From the NCBI GenBank assembly GCA_963830915.1, contig CAWHOE010000064.1, positions 1 to 64,000 on the forward strand: a DNA stretch of 64,000 nucleotides, in the 5' to 3' direction. The position numbers and the translations under genes are program-made. Shown here one piece after another: positions 30,201-39,525 of the stretch. The stretch is from a candidate division FCPU426 bacterium. GTDB lineage: Bacteria; Oederibacteriota; Muellerivitia; Muellerivitales; Muellerivitaceae. How positions within the stretch are numbered: position 1 is the first letter of the stretch; each line of letters begins with the position of its first letter. The notes beneath the pieces were generated by a model. It searched no databases, was not told where the DNA came from, and saw only the letters and a list, made by a program, of their open reading frames with translations.

Positions 30201-30739
30201 GCCGCGCGCATTTCCAATATATCCTGGCTGGTCTCGACCAACAGGGCGTCGACCCCGGCGTCGATCATGATACAGGCCTGCTCGTAATAGATGGCTTCCA
30301 ACTCGTCCACTGTGATCTTGCCCAGATCAGGGTCTTCAGAGGCTGGCAGCATGCCCGTTGGACCCATGGAGCCCACCACGAAACGGGGATGATCGGGGGT
30401 TGCGTATTTGTCCGCCAATTCGCGGGCCAGCTTGACGGCGGCGGTATTGACTTGGACGATCTGGTCGGCGATGCCGTATTCGGAAAGTTTCAGGCGGTTG
30501 GAGCCGAAGGTATTGGTCTCCAAACAATCAACTCCCGCCTTCAGGAACCCCTCATGGACTTCCCGGATGACCTGGGGTTTGGTGATGACCAGATAGTCGT
30601 TCAATCCCTCTTTGCCGCCGAAGTCCTCCTTGGTCAGGTTATAGACCTGGATGTTGGTGCCCATGGCACCATCAAAAATGAGGACTTTTTCCTTGAGAGC
30701 GTCTAAAAAAAGCGGTCGGGCCACTGGGGTTCCTTTCAT
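27251..30739 (-). CDS. metH: Cobalamin-dependent methionine synthase
   Basis: DGAMGT, GGCCGT (Hcy domain), GERVN (pterin domain), GDVHDIGKNLV (B12-binding), RYSPGYPACP (activation domain). Confidence 0.97.
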   Translation of the reverse strand: MKGTPVARPLFLDALKEKVLIFDGAMGTNIQVYNLTKEDFGGKEGLNDYLVITKPQVIREVHEGFLKAGVDCLETNTFGSNRLKLSEYGIADQIVQVNTAAVKLARELADKYATPDHPRFVVGSMGPTGMLPASEDPDLGKITVDELEAIYYEQACIMIDAGVDALLVETSQDILEMRAAVFGCHKARIEKKSPVGLMAQTTLDTTGRMLLGTEISSVLATFSRLPIDVIGMNCSTGPKEMKDSVRYLSQYSPFPISTIPNAGLPENRGGQAVYPLKPEQLAVALKEFVEEFGVNIVGGCCGTSHEHLRQVVTAIGNQKPKKRQVTHLCGASSMIKSVSLDQDPKPLIVGERVNSQGSRKIKTMLLADDYEGMVQVGRGQAEGGAHVLDVCVALTERPDEKNQMMRIVKKLALGVDTPLMIDSTEAEVVEAALKIYPGRAMVNSINLEGDGSRVKRLCPLIKKYGSAVVAMTIDDIYYDKSKPQEKGMAKTAARKLEVAKKITDICVKEYGIPAEDIVFDALTFTLATGEEEFKNSAVETMEGIKLIKKHIPGVRTVLGLSNVSFGLSKQAREVLNSVFLYHCVQAGLDMAILNPADIKPYMSIAEDERKLADDLVFNRDPQALAHFIQHFAGKGPVEAQTAADPTEGMTPAQKVHWKIVNRKPDKIEADLAEVLKERSAVETLNKVLLPAMKEVGDKFGSGELILPFVLQSAEVMKKAVAYVEQFLDKSTATTKGTVVLATVYGDVHDIGKNLVRTILSNNGFTVHDLGKQVPVSTIIAKAQEVKADAIGLSALLVVTSKQMPICVQELEKLGLQFPVVVGGAAINRRYGYRISFVDEKLYEPGVYYAKDAFEGLDILNALSDLATRETFRNRIKDEAVKSKALGFSEAKKEEEEATPENFPPTVKPAVFIPKNPFAGTSVINKVPLREVWPYLDLTQLYKLNWGVKAKDGDEYRTLIQNQFQPMRLKMQDEILSKNWFEPKLVYGFFLANSDGNDLIIYDGNDPKKELERFKFPRQRVGRHLCLSDYFKPVSSGEKDVVSFQVVTIGEKATELIEKLNKDGKYTDSYYLHGLAVQTAEAMAEWIHRRVRNEWGLPIGQGKRYSPGYPACPEQSDQEKYFRLLDATKAIGVTLTEAFMMVPEQSTSAIIVHHPECEYFAVR

Positions 30740-30887
30740 CAGGCTTTAAGGAGCGACAGTTTAGGACCTTTCGAAAGGGGCTTCAAGGCGATATTCCCGG
30801 GCCAGACTGGCATGAATCCGTTGTTTTGGCGAGGGGACCGGATTAACTTGGGAGAGCTATAAATCCACCGAAAGGGGGCCCAGCCCC

Positions 30888-31220
30888 ATGCGGACCATTT
30901 TTTTACTCCTAGTTTCCAACCTATTCATGACCTTTGCCTGGTACGGCCATTTGAAATACAAGAACTCCCCCCTATGGCTGGCCGTCCTGGCCAGTTGGGG
31001 CATCGCCTTTTTCGAGTATTGTTTCCAGGTTCCGGCCAACCGCATCGGGAGCTATGAGTTCTCCACCGCCCAATTGAAAACCATCCAGGAAGTCATCACC
31101 CTGGTGATCTTTTGCGGGTTTTCGATTTTTTATCTGCGAGAGGAAGTGAAATGGAACTACTTGGTGGAATTTGGCTTTATGGCCATCGGGGTATTCTTTG
31201 TATTCAAGAAATGGGCCTGA
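30888..31220 (+). CDS. DMT-family small membrane protein (DUF486-like)
   Basis: SNLFMTFAWYGHLK..SWGIAFFEY..QVPANRIG..QLKTIQEVITL. Confidence 0.88.
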   Translation: MRTIFLLLVSNLFMTFAWYGHLKYKNSPLWLAVLASWGIAFFEYCFQVPANRIGSYEFSTAQLKTIQEVITLVIFCGFSIFYLREEVKWNYLVEFGFMAIGVFFVFKKWA

Positions 31221-31245
31221 TCGAAAACACCTCGTTCTATCGTAT

Positions 31246-32610
31246 TTAAAAGAAGATGAACGTAATCAGTAGAAAAATAGGGATAAGGACAGCGCAGGAC
31301 CAAACCAAATATCCACCAAAAGACGGCATCTTCACCCCCGCTTTCTCAGCGATGGCTTTGACCATGAAATTCGGACCATTACCGATATAGGTTAGGGCGC
31401 CCATGAAAGAAGAACCGCAGGAAATAGCGGCCAGGAACCGCGGAAACTTTTCGGCCAAATCCCCCAGTTGGATGGGCGAAAGACCATGCTGGCTAGCCGC
31501 CATGGCCGTGGTCGTCAGATAGGTCGGGGCGTTGTCCAGGAAAGCGCTCAGCACACCGGAAACCCAGAAGTACTGCCAGCTTTGGGAGATGGCCATTTCG
31601 GGAGCGCGGGTTTCCAAATAAGCTAACACCGGGAGCATGGCTCCGAAGATGCCGAAGAAAAGGACCGCCACTTCCCAGAGCGGCTCGAAACGGAAGCGGT
31701 TTTGGGTATGGATCCCTTTGGATGTGTTTCGATAGGAAAAAACCGCCAATAGGGCCATGAAAATAGTTTGAAGGGCTTTGGTCCAAAGATCTCCCTCCCT
31801 CTCGCCCAAGTGTTGGTCGAGAGCGGGATGCAAAACATACCCGATGAGAAGGATGCCTGCGATCAACACCATCAATAGCCACAGGTTCCCCATTCCCTGG
31901 ACATGTATTTTCCGCTGGGCCAGTTTGACCTCTTCGGCCATACGATCTTTGCTGTTCTTTTCTTCCTTGTTGAACGCACGTTTGTCGAAAAAATAGAAAA
32001 GAACAAGAAGCATGCCTACCACTAAAGTACAAGGAGCCGCCAAGCGGAGGGTCCAGAAGAATGGGACGCCGCGCAGATAACCAAGATAAAGCGGCGGACC
32101 CAGAGGGATCAAACAAGCCGCGCAGTTGGAAACGATGAATATGAAAAATAGGACAATATGGACCTTATGCTTGCGGTGATGATTAGCGTGAAGAAGGGGA
32201 CGAATGAGAAGGATACTAGCGCCCAGGGCGCCTAGAAGGTTCGACAACAACGAGCCCAACGCCAGGAAAAGAGCGTTCACCCAGGGATATCCGGCGAACG
32301 CGCCAGAGATGTGGATACCGCCCGAGATCGTGAAAAGGGCGCCTAAAAGAACGATGAAAGACAAATAATCAAAATAAGTATCCAGGATCTTGGAGGGGTC
32401 AGCGGATGAATAAAGAAAAAGGAGTACACCAGTGGCAGCGCAGACAAAAGACAAAAAAAACTTGTTCCCCATCCTTTCCCACCATCGTGCGGTTATGGGA
32501 ATGAATGGCAAAAACGCGATACAAGCCAATAGGAATATGAACGGAACAAAAGAGAGGACTGTCATGTGCCTGCCCTTCGTCCTTTGAAAAATGTCAAATC
32601 CACTCTTCAT
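31246..32610 (-). CDS. Putative sodium:proton antiporter (ion transporter superfamily; start possibly 32565)
   Basis: Multi-TM; GPPLYLGYLRGVPFFW, LSAFLDNAPTYL, MGALTYIGNGPNFMVKAIAE. Confidence 0.85.
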   Translation of the reverse strand: MKSGFDIFQRTKGRHMTVLSFVPFIFLLACIAFLPFIPITARWWERMGNKFFLSFVCAATGVLLFLYSSADPSKILDTYFDYLSFIVLLGALFTISGGIHISGAFAGYPWVNALFLALGSLLSNLLGALGASILLIRPLLHANHHRKHKVHIVLFFIFIVSNCAACLIPLGPPLYLGYLRGVPFFWTLRLAAPCTLVVGMLLVLFYFFDKRAFNKEEKNSKDRMAEEVKLAQRKIHVQGMGNLWLLMVLIAGILLIGYVLHPALDQHLGEREGDLWTKALQTIFMALLAVFSYRNTSKGIHTQNRFRFEPLWEVAVLFFGIFGAMLPVLAYLETRAPEMAISQSWQYFWVSGVLSAFLDNAPTYLTTTAMAASQHGLSPIQLGDLAEKFPRFLAAISCGSSFMGALTYIGNGPNFMVKAIAEKAGVKMPSFGGYLVWSCAVLIPIFLLITFIFF

Positions 32611-32662
32611 CCTTAACGGTTAATTAACTCGCCTGACTTAAAACATAATACCGGGAAAAACA

Positions 32663-32694
32663 CAAAGGGCCCACTCGTTTGGGTGGGCCCTTTG
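32663..32694 (-). terminator. Rho-independent terminator after the APC-PII gene
   Basis: CAAAGGGCCCAC..GTGGGCCCTTTG stem with TGTTTTT following on the minus strand. Confidence 0.8.
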
Positions 32695-32729
32695 CTTTAT
32701 ACCTTAATTGGTAGAACTAAATCCTCTTG

Positions 32730-34691
32730 TTAAACCGCCGCGATCCCTGTTTCCCCGGTCCTAACACGGATCGTCTCATCCGTTCGGGTGACGAATATCT
32801 TACCGTCTCCCTTGTTACCGGTATTCAGGATCTCCTGCATCACATCCAGGACGTGCGGTACATCCCACTCGTTAACGACCACATCCACCCTGATCTTGGG
32901 CAGGAACTTCACCTTGCTCGGAGCGTCATCGGTCTTGGAACCTTTCGTGCGCCCGAAACCCTTGACCTCGGTGATGGTCATCCCTTGCACTAGCTGCTCG
33001 CTGTTCAAGGCTTCAGCCAAGTTGTCCAAAGTGTCCGGCTTGATGATGGCCGTGATGGTCTTCATCCCGTGCGATTTCAAGGTCGACGTCGCGAAGACGT
33101 ATAGGCCCCAGACCGCGAGCCAGCCGCCGGCGATATAGACGAAGATCTTGGCCTCGTTCTGCGAATCGGCGTTACCGATGGTGTAGAGGTAGATGATGGC
33201 GGCGCACATCGCGACATTCATCAAAAGCCCCAGGAACGGTATCAAGGCGTGCTTGAAGAGGCTGAAATCCTTGCGTCTTTTGTAGGCGATATAGGTCCAG
33301 ATACAGACCGCGCCGTAAAGAACGAAAGTGCCGAAGTTCGAAGCCAGAGTGATACCTGTCAAGCCCACGATCGACTGACAGCCGATGGTGGCGATGACGC
33401 AGGAAACCACGACCAGCAGCCAGATGGCGGTGTGAGGCGAGGCGTTCTGGCGGTGGATAAAGCCCAGGAATTGGGGAAGTTCCCTATCCTCGGCCATACC
33501 GTTCGTCACGCGGACAGCGGTGTTGATACAAGCCAGGGTCGTCCCGATGACAGCGATGGCGACCGTGATGGCCATGGTGATCATCAAGATGAATCCCAAG
33601 TGACCGAACAGACTGTTACCCAAGAGAACCGCCATATCGCCGATCGGGGCGCTGGAAGCGACCATCGCGTCCATACCCGTGACGATCTTGGTGGTGGCGG
33701 GAGCGGCCGCGACGGCCGCGATGGCCGGCATGGTAACCCCGGCGGAAGTCACTGTAGCCGCCTGAGCCGCGACAGCGGCGACAGCGGGAACAGCGACCGT
33801 GCCTGTCAGTTTCTCACTGACCATCATGTTGGCGGCGAAATACTCGTACAGATAGGACAAAAGTCCCTGGACGACGAGAGCCACGATGATGGCTTTCGGG
33901 ATGTTCTTTTCAGGCTGTTTGGTCTCAGCGGCAAGGGCGGTTGAGCTCTCGAAACCCACCAGGATCAGGATGGCCACGGTCGATTGGACCAGCACCCCTT
34001 TGATCGAGTGGAATTTCACGATATCGAAGCCACCGCTGAAAGCCCAGGTGGTAGCGTGATCCGGATTGGCGAAACGATAATAGATAGCCAATGCCCCGAA
34101 GATCACCAAGGTCACCCATTGGATGATATTGCCCCAATAGTTGGCGGCCGTGGAACCTTGCACGCCCTTATAGGCGATGATGCCCGTGACCACCGCGAAA
34201 GCGTAGGCCACGACCAGTTCCCACATGATGGTCATGGTTTGACCGGTGACGGCGTTGAACACGTAAGCCGCCAGGGTCGCCATGAAGGCCACCATGACAC
34301 CGGGATAAACCCAGTAGAACAAATGGGCGGCCCAGCCGGTGATCAGCTTGGCGATACGGGCCATGGATGTCGGGCCCGGACGTTTCAAGTTCTGATCATC
34401 GATGAAAGCTTTCTCGGCGAAATAGACGCAGCTCGCGAAACCCGCTTCCGGGTATATCTTCGCTAACTCGGCGTAGGAGAAGGCCGTCAGGAAGGCCAGG
34501 ACCAACGCGACGAGAATGCCTGCCCACATATCGCTGGCGCAGGAAGCTCCATCCGGTGTAGTGGCGGCCGCTTGGACCTGATAAGTGATCCATAAAAAAG
34601 CGCCCGGTGCGATCAGCGCCATAGCGTTGATAGCCGCCCCTTTCCAGTCAAGTACCCGGGTGACTAAAGATTGCTGTTCTGTCTTTGCCAT
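32730..34691 (-). CDS. APC-family amino acid/polyamine permease fused to a C-terminal PII (GlnB/GlnK-like) domain
   Basis: SYAELAKIYPEAG, GFESSTALAAE, ~12 TMs; the last ~110 aa MKTITAIIKP..EVKGFGR..FLPKIRVDVVV..TGNKGDGKIFV..IRVRTGETG are PII. Confidence 0.9.
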   Translation of the reverse strand: MAKTEQQSLVTRVLDWKGAAINAMALIAPGAFLWITYQVQAAATTPDGASCASDMWAGILVALVLAFLTAFSYAELAKIYPEAGFASCVYFAEKAFIDDQNLKRPGPTSMARIAKLITGWAAHLFYWVYPGVMVAFMATLAAYVFNAVTGQTMTIMWELVVAYAFAVVTGIIAYKGVQGSTAANYWGNIIQWVTLVIFGALAIYYRFANPDHATTWAFSGGFDIVKFHSIKGVLVQSTVAILILVGFESSTALAAETKQPEKNIPKAIIVALVVQGLLSYLYEYFAANMMVSEKLTGTVAVPAVAAVAAQAATVTSAGVTMPAIAAVAAAPATTKIVTGMDAMVASSAPIGDMAVLLGNSLFGHLGFILMITMAITVAIAVIGTTLACINTAVRVTNGMAEDRELPQFLGFIHRQNASPHTAIWLLVVVSCVIATIGCQSIVGLTGITLASNFGTFVLYGAVCIWTYIAYKRRKDFSLFKHALIPFLGLLMNVAMCAAIIYLYTIGNADSQNEAKIFVYIAGGWLAVWGLYVFATSTLKSHGMKTITAIIKPDTLDNLAEALNSEQLVQGMTITEVKGFGRTKGSKTDDAPSKVKFLPKIRVDVVVNEWDVPHVLDVMQEILNTGNKGDGKIFVTRTDETIRVRTGETGIAAV

Positions 34692-34739
34692 TTCATTCCT
34701 CCCTAAATCGAATTACTGCTATGAACGAGTAGGGGTTAA

Positions 34740-34756
34740 AGCAATGGTCGTGCCAG
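34740..34756 (-). promoter_or_regulatory. Sigma54 (-24/-12) promoter of the APC-PII gene
   Basis: Minus strand CTGGCACGACCATTGCT = TGGCAC-N5-TTGC consensus, ~50 nt upstream of the ATG. Confidence 0.8.
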
Positions 34757-35021
34757 TTTGGAAAATGTTAGGATTTGTTTTTTTATGGGCCTAATCATGC
34801 GAAAAACAAAGAAATCCATTTGTAAAAAACGGCTATATTAGTAAATTAAGTCAATATATGTAGGTTAATACAATATTGTAGTCTTTCGTTCGTCTTGGGT
34901 TTTTGGCTTTTTTGGAAGTCTTGAAGAACATTCTCCACTTCTAAAATCCTACACAGGATCGGTTCAAAACACTTAATAGGCCCGACAATTATTTGCGTCA
35001 TTTCCCTTCCCCCGCTAAGCT

Positions 35022-35633
35022 GTGCCGATGGATCCCAGTTATTTCAACCTGCATATTGACCAGAATCTCTTTTTTATAACTTTCGGCATCATTTTTTTAG
35101 CTGAATTGCCCGATAAAACCGCTCTAGCTATCCTGATCATGGCCAGTCAAAAAAATCCGGTCGCGGTTTTCCTGGGAGTATGTGGCGCTTTCTTTATCCA
35201 GAACATCATCGCGGTTCTCTTCGGGAGCCTGTTCGGCTTTTTGCCCCCCCAGATAGTCCACGTGTGTTCCGGGATACTTTTTTTGATCTTCGCTTACTTG
35301 ATGTGGAAACAAAGGGAGGAAAAGCCGAATAAAAAAACCTTACCCGTCAAAGGGTTCTTTTTGAAAACCATATGGTCTTCTTTTATCGTCATCTTCATCG
35401 CCGAATGGGGGGACTTGACCCAACTAGCCGCCGCTACCTTGATCGCGAAAACCCATCAACCTGTAACAATATTTTTATCCGCGACCTTAGCGCTTTGGAC
35501 TACGACCGGTTTCGCTGTTTTAATAGGCACCCAAGTCAAAAAGATCATTCGGCCCCACATCCTACAAACGATCGCCGCTTTCGTTTTCGCAATTGTGGGA
35601 TTGGTCCTGTTATTCGAGGTTTTTGCTCGGTAA
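35022..35633 (+). CDS. TMEM165/GDT1 (UPF0016) family Mn2+/Ca2+ transporter
   Basis: Two copies of the E-x-G-D-K/x-T-type motif: AELPDKT and AEWGDLTQ. Confidence 0.9.
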   Translation: MPMDPSYFNLHIDQNLFFITFGIIFLAELPDKTALAILIMASQKNPVAVFLGVCGAFFIQNIIAVLFGSLFGFLPPQIVHVCSGILFLIFAYLMWKQREEKPNKKTLPVKGFFLKTIWSSFIVIFIAEWGDLTQLAAATLIAKTHQPVTIFLSATLALWTTTGFAVLIGTQVKKIIRPHILQTIAAFVFAIVGLVLLFEVFAR

Positions 35634-35723
35634 TATTCAGGGCTTTTTAGCTGGTGGGATTTTCACTAACTTGGAAATTCAACTCGAAGCAACTTCCAAT
35701 GAACACCATTATTTTATTTAAAT

Positions 35724-35860
<137 letters not shown>

Positions 35861-36234
35861 CATTAATTAGTTCCTGTTTAACAATATGCGTTTGTCGTTT
35901 CAACCATTTCTCTTTTAACATCGCTTCGGATTGGGTTTTAACAGGGATGGTCAGGACTAATTCAACAGGTAACCGGTTCTTTGTGTATCTTGCGCCACGT
36001 CCTGAAGAATGGCGTTCTAGCCGTTCCACAATATCTTCAGTTATACCAGTGTAATAAGATCCATCAGAACACTTTAAAAGATAAACAACCCAAGACAAAT
36101 GCATTCTCCGTAAATATTGACGATTTGGAATAGGTTTGACTGTTCGTGAGATTTCTTATCTATCCCCTATTCGGGGACACCTTCAACGTTATTTATTATT
36201 CAGAGCTCTGCTTCCGCCATTATTCCCTTGGAAT

Positions 36235-36327
<93 letters not shown>

Positions 36328-36494
36328 GTAAAAAAACAAAGGCGAGGTTCCCCTCGCCCCAATAAACCCCACTATCGACATGGCATAAAAATTGGTGCCC
36401 CAATGGGTCATTGGAAACTTACCAATGTTACCATTGGGACGTACCCATTTCCTTTAACTTTGGAACCCTGCTGGTTCCAACACTAAAGAAAAAT

Positions 36495-36570
36495 TGGTGG
36501 AGATGAGCGGGATCGAACCGCTGACCTTCTCGTTGCGAACGAGACGCTCTCCCAACTGAGCTACATCCCC
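36495..36570 (-). tRNA. tRNA-Ala(CGC)
   Basis: GGGGATG TAGCTCAG..TCTCG-TT-CGC-AA-CGAGA..GGTTCGATCC..CATCTCC-ACCA; G3:U70 pair. Confidence 0.97.
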
Positions 36571-36713
36571 ACTAGCGTCAAATTACGGATGCTTTCACAA
36601 CCCTTCGACTTGCTCAAGGTACCCCCAACCTGCCCTGAGGGGCGCTTCGCGCCATCGAAGGGCTGAGCTACATCCCCACTGGCATCAAAAACTACGAATA
36701 TCTTCTCAAAACC
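36556..36713. repeat. Duplicated tRNA-Ala 5' end and leader flanking a REP-like palindromic insert
   Basis: CTGAGCTACATCCCCACT at 36556 and 36663, each followed by a similar ~30 nt; CCCTTCGA (36601)..TCGAAGGG (36662) lies between them. Confidence 0.8.
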
Positions 36714-36714
36714 A

Positions 36715-37179
36715 TCATCTGTCTTTCTGACGTAAAGCCTTAAAAAAACCGCTCAAGATACCCGCGCATTCTTCCTTTAATATACCGCTGAAGACTTTTA
36801 CCTTGTGATTCAATTTTTCATTGTCCAGAACCCTGGCCGTACTGGCCACCGCGCCCGCCTTAGGGTCTTCTGTACCAAAAACCAGGCGCCGAATCCTTGA
36901 TAAGGCAATGGCCCCCGCGCACATCGTGCAGGGTTCCAGGGTGACGTAAAGGTCACAATCATTCAAACGCCAGCTTTTAAGCCGTTTGGCGGCTTTGGCC
37001 AAGGCCACCATCTCCGCGTGCACTAGGGCGCTTTTTTTTCGTTCGGTCTGGTTATGCCCTCGGGCAAGGACCTTGCCTTCCCGGACCACCACCGCCCCAA
37101 CCGGCACTTCACTTTCAGCCGAAGCTTTATTCGCTTCCTTTAATGCTAACTTCATGAATTTTTCGTCAATATTGTTCAA
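36715..37179 (-). CDS. tadA: tRNA adenosine(34) deaminase
   Basis: EVPVGAV, HAEM, WRL..LYVTLEPCTMCAGA, DPKAGA, LNH, LSGFF. Confidence 0.95.
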   Translation of the reverse strand: MNNIDEKFMKLALKEANKASAESEVPVGAVVVREGKVLARGHNQTERKKSALVHAEMVALAKAAKRLKSWRLNDCDLYVTLEPCTMCAGAIALSRIRRLVFGTEDPKAGAVASTARVLDNEKLNHKVKVFSGILKEECAGILSGFFKALRQKDR

Positions 37180-37269
37180 AGGTAATTATTTTCCAATTTT
37201 ACATTCACCGCTGGGACATACCATTTTCCTTTAATTCAGGAACCTTAGGTTCCTGATCCATAGAAAAAA

Positions 37270-37346
37270 TGGTGCGCCCGGAAGGATTCGAACCTTCAAC
37301 CTTCTGATCCGTAGTCAGATGCTCTATCCAGTTGAGCCACGGGCGC
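37270..37346 (-). tRNA. tRNA-Arg(ACG)
   Basis: GCGCCCG TGGCTCAACTGGATAGAGC TCTGA-CT-ACG-GA-TCAGA..GGTTCGAATCC..CGGGCGC-ACCA. Confidence 0.97.
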
Positions 37347-37530
37347 GCTATTTCTATACAACCACAAGACGGGGGAAAAGACAGGTATATTACTCAAAAG
37401 GCCAATTTTATCGCAAGTAATAAAGAGCCTTGGCAGGTTCTTTTCGACGTCTTAATAACCCCATTTCCATTATAATCTCACCCCCACCGCTGGATGGAAA
37501 TCCCATTCCTAATTCGATAGGATGGGGTTA

Positions 37531-37657
37531 CGCGCCCCGGCGTGGAAGTCGGGCCCTATACGGCGAGCCGGCCCCAACTCCGCTAGGTCCGGAAGGAAGC
37601 AACGGTCAGGCCTGTGTTCGGGTGTTGTAGGTCACCTGGCTTCCACGACGGGACGCG
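37531..37657 (+). ncRNA. ffs: Signal recognition particle RNA (ends approximate)
   Basis: Helix-8 motif AGGTCCGGAAGGAAGCA inside a long hairpin closed by CCCGGCGTGGAAG/CTTCCACGACGGG; located just upstream of dnaX. Confidence 0.9.
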
Positions 37658-37748
37658 TGGTTCTATAGAACGAATATCGAGTTTAAGCTGTTGTGTTTTG
37701 GGTCGTTCGCTCAAAACCCCGAGATCAAAACTCTTCCGAAGGAAGTTT

Positions 37749-39474
37749 ATGCCGCAAGTCATGGCTCTCAAATGGCGCCCCCAGGTCTTCGCTGATATGG
37801 TCGGGCAGGAACATATCACCCGCACCCTTCAGAACGCGATGAGCCTCAACCGGGTGGCCCACGCTTATATCTTCGCAGGACCCCGGGGAGTGGGAAAGAC
37901 CACGACCGCCCGCATCTTCGCCAAAGCCCTTAACTGCCGGGACCTGAAGAACGGCGAGCCCTGCAACACCTGCGACATCTGCCAGGATGTCAACCAGGGA
38001 ACCTCCATGGATGTCATCGAGATCGATTCCGCCTCGGTCAACGGGGTGGACGGTATCCGTGCCCTGCAGGAACAAGTCGGGACTTACCCGGCCAAGGGCA
38101 AATATAAAGTGTACATCTTCGACGAAGCGCACCGCATCACGCCCCAGGCCTTCGACGCTTTCCTGAAGAACGTTGGAAGAACCTCCCGAGCACGTCATCT
38201 TCATCCTGGCCTCTACCGAGATCCATAAGTTCCCGGCGACGGTCCAATCGCGTTGTCAAAGGTTCGAGTTCCGGTCCATGGGGATGGAGACCATCCTCAA
38301 ACAACTCCATCGCATCAGCGACTCGGAGAAGATCGAGATCGATGATAAGGCTTTATACCAAGTGGCCCGGTCCGCCGGCGGATCCATGCGTGACGCTCAG
38401 CGCACCTTAGACCAGGTCGTTGCTTTTTCGGGCAAGAAGGTCACCATCGATGACATCCGTATCGTGTTGGGAACGATTGAAGAGGAAGTCTTCCTCGGTC
38501 TGGTCGAGGCCACATTGGCTCAGGACGCCCCGAAGGGCTTGACCGTCTTAAGGAACGTCCTGGATGGAGGCAAGGACCTCGGCCATTTTTACAATGGTCT
38601 GCTGGAGACTTTCCGCCACCTGGCTGTCGCCAAAGCTTTTCCATCCTCCGCCGTCGAACTTATTCCCCTCTCCAAAGAAGAAGTGGGGAAACTGTCCGTT
38701 CTATCCTCCCAGATGGAGGAGGCCCAGATTCTTTCTTCCCTTCGGCTTTTGATCGAGCAGGAATGGGCCGTCCGTCATTCCAACAATCCTCAGATCGTGA
38801 TCGAGACCCTGGTGCTGGAGCTTTGCCGGATGAAACAGTTGGTCTCCGTGGGGGACCTACTCGGAAAAATGGAAAGCGGCGCTCCCATCCAAGTCCCGGC
38901 CATACCCCGTCCGTCCCCCGCTGTTGCCAAACCTTCTCCCACTCCGGCCCTGGTCGCCGCTTCACCCACTCCACCTGCCCCATTAGCCCAGGAAGGAGAA
39001 CCGGTCTTCGCGGTCGATGAGATCGAGGATGCGGTCGAAGCCGATAAGAATCCGGACATGGCCCGCTTGAAATCCCAATGGCGGGAGATCATCGAAAAGG
39101 CGGGAAAACAAAAAAAGATGCTGGAAGGGATCCTCATGGATACCCATCCCAAGAAGCTCGATGAGGGCACCCTGGTGCTGGTCTGCAAGGGAGCCTTCCA
39201 TCATGAACAGATCTCCAACCCCGAGAACAAAGCCTTGTTGGAACAGCTTCTGGCCGAGGTGGTTGGCCGCAAAATCACCCTGGTACCGGTCCTTCCGGAA
39301 GGCTCTGCCTCTCCGGGACAAGAACGTGCCACGGGGCCGAGAGCACCAAAGCCCCTTTCATCCCCAAAGGTGGACTTGAAAGAATTGGGCGAAAAAGATC
39401 CCTTGGTCCTGGCCGCCATCAACATGTTCGGAGCCAAGATCGTGGAAGTTAAAAGGAACAATCCTCAAAAGTAA
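37749..39474 (+). CDS. dnaX: DNA polymerase III subunit gamma/tau (one extra base at ~38169)
   Basis: KWRPQVF, GPRGVGKT, DEAH; FLK then LEEPP in another frame; SRCQRF, GSMRDA. Deleting one A in aagaacgttg restores FLKTLEEPP. Confidence 0.95.
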
Positions 39475-39525
39475 TCCGGACTGGGTCGATCCCGGTCCCT
39501 GAAATACACCCTAACGGAGCCAACG

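Noticed and set aside
30740..30887. Cobalamin or SAM riboswitch upstream of metH
   Set aside because: Short divergent intergenic region with no B12-box or S-box core recognised.
34800..35021. yybP-ykoY Mn2+ riboswitch upstream of the TMEM165/GDT1 gene
   Set aside because: AT-rich region with no recognisable conserved core.
37486..37530. Alu domain of a large (Bacillus-type) SRP RNA
   Set aside because: Only one hairpin between the TATAAT box and the S-domain stem; too short, and no pairing with the 3' end seen.
38160..38180. Programmed dnaX frameshift at the visible frame break
   Set aside because: The break lies inside the AAA+ core (LKTLEEPP) at ~codon 141, has no slippery heptamer, and would leave no functional product; better explained as a sequencing insertion.
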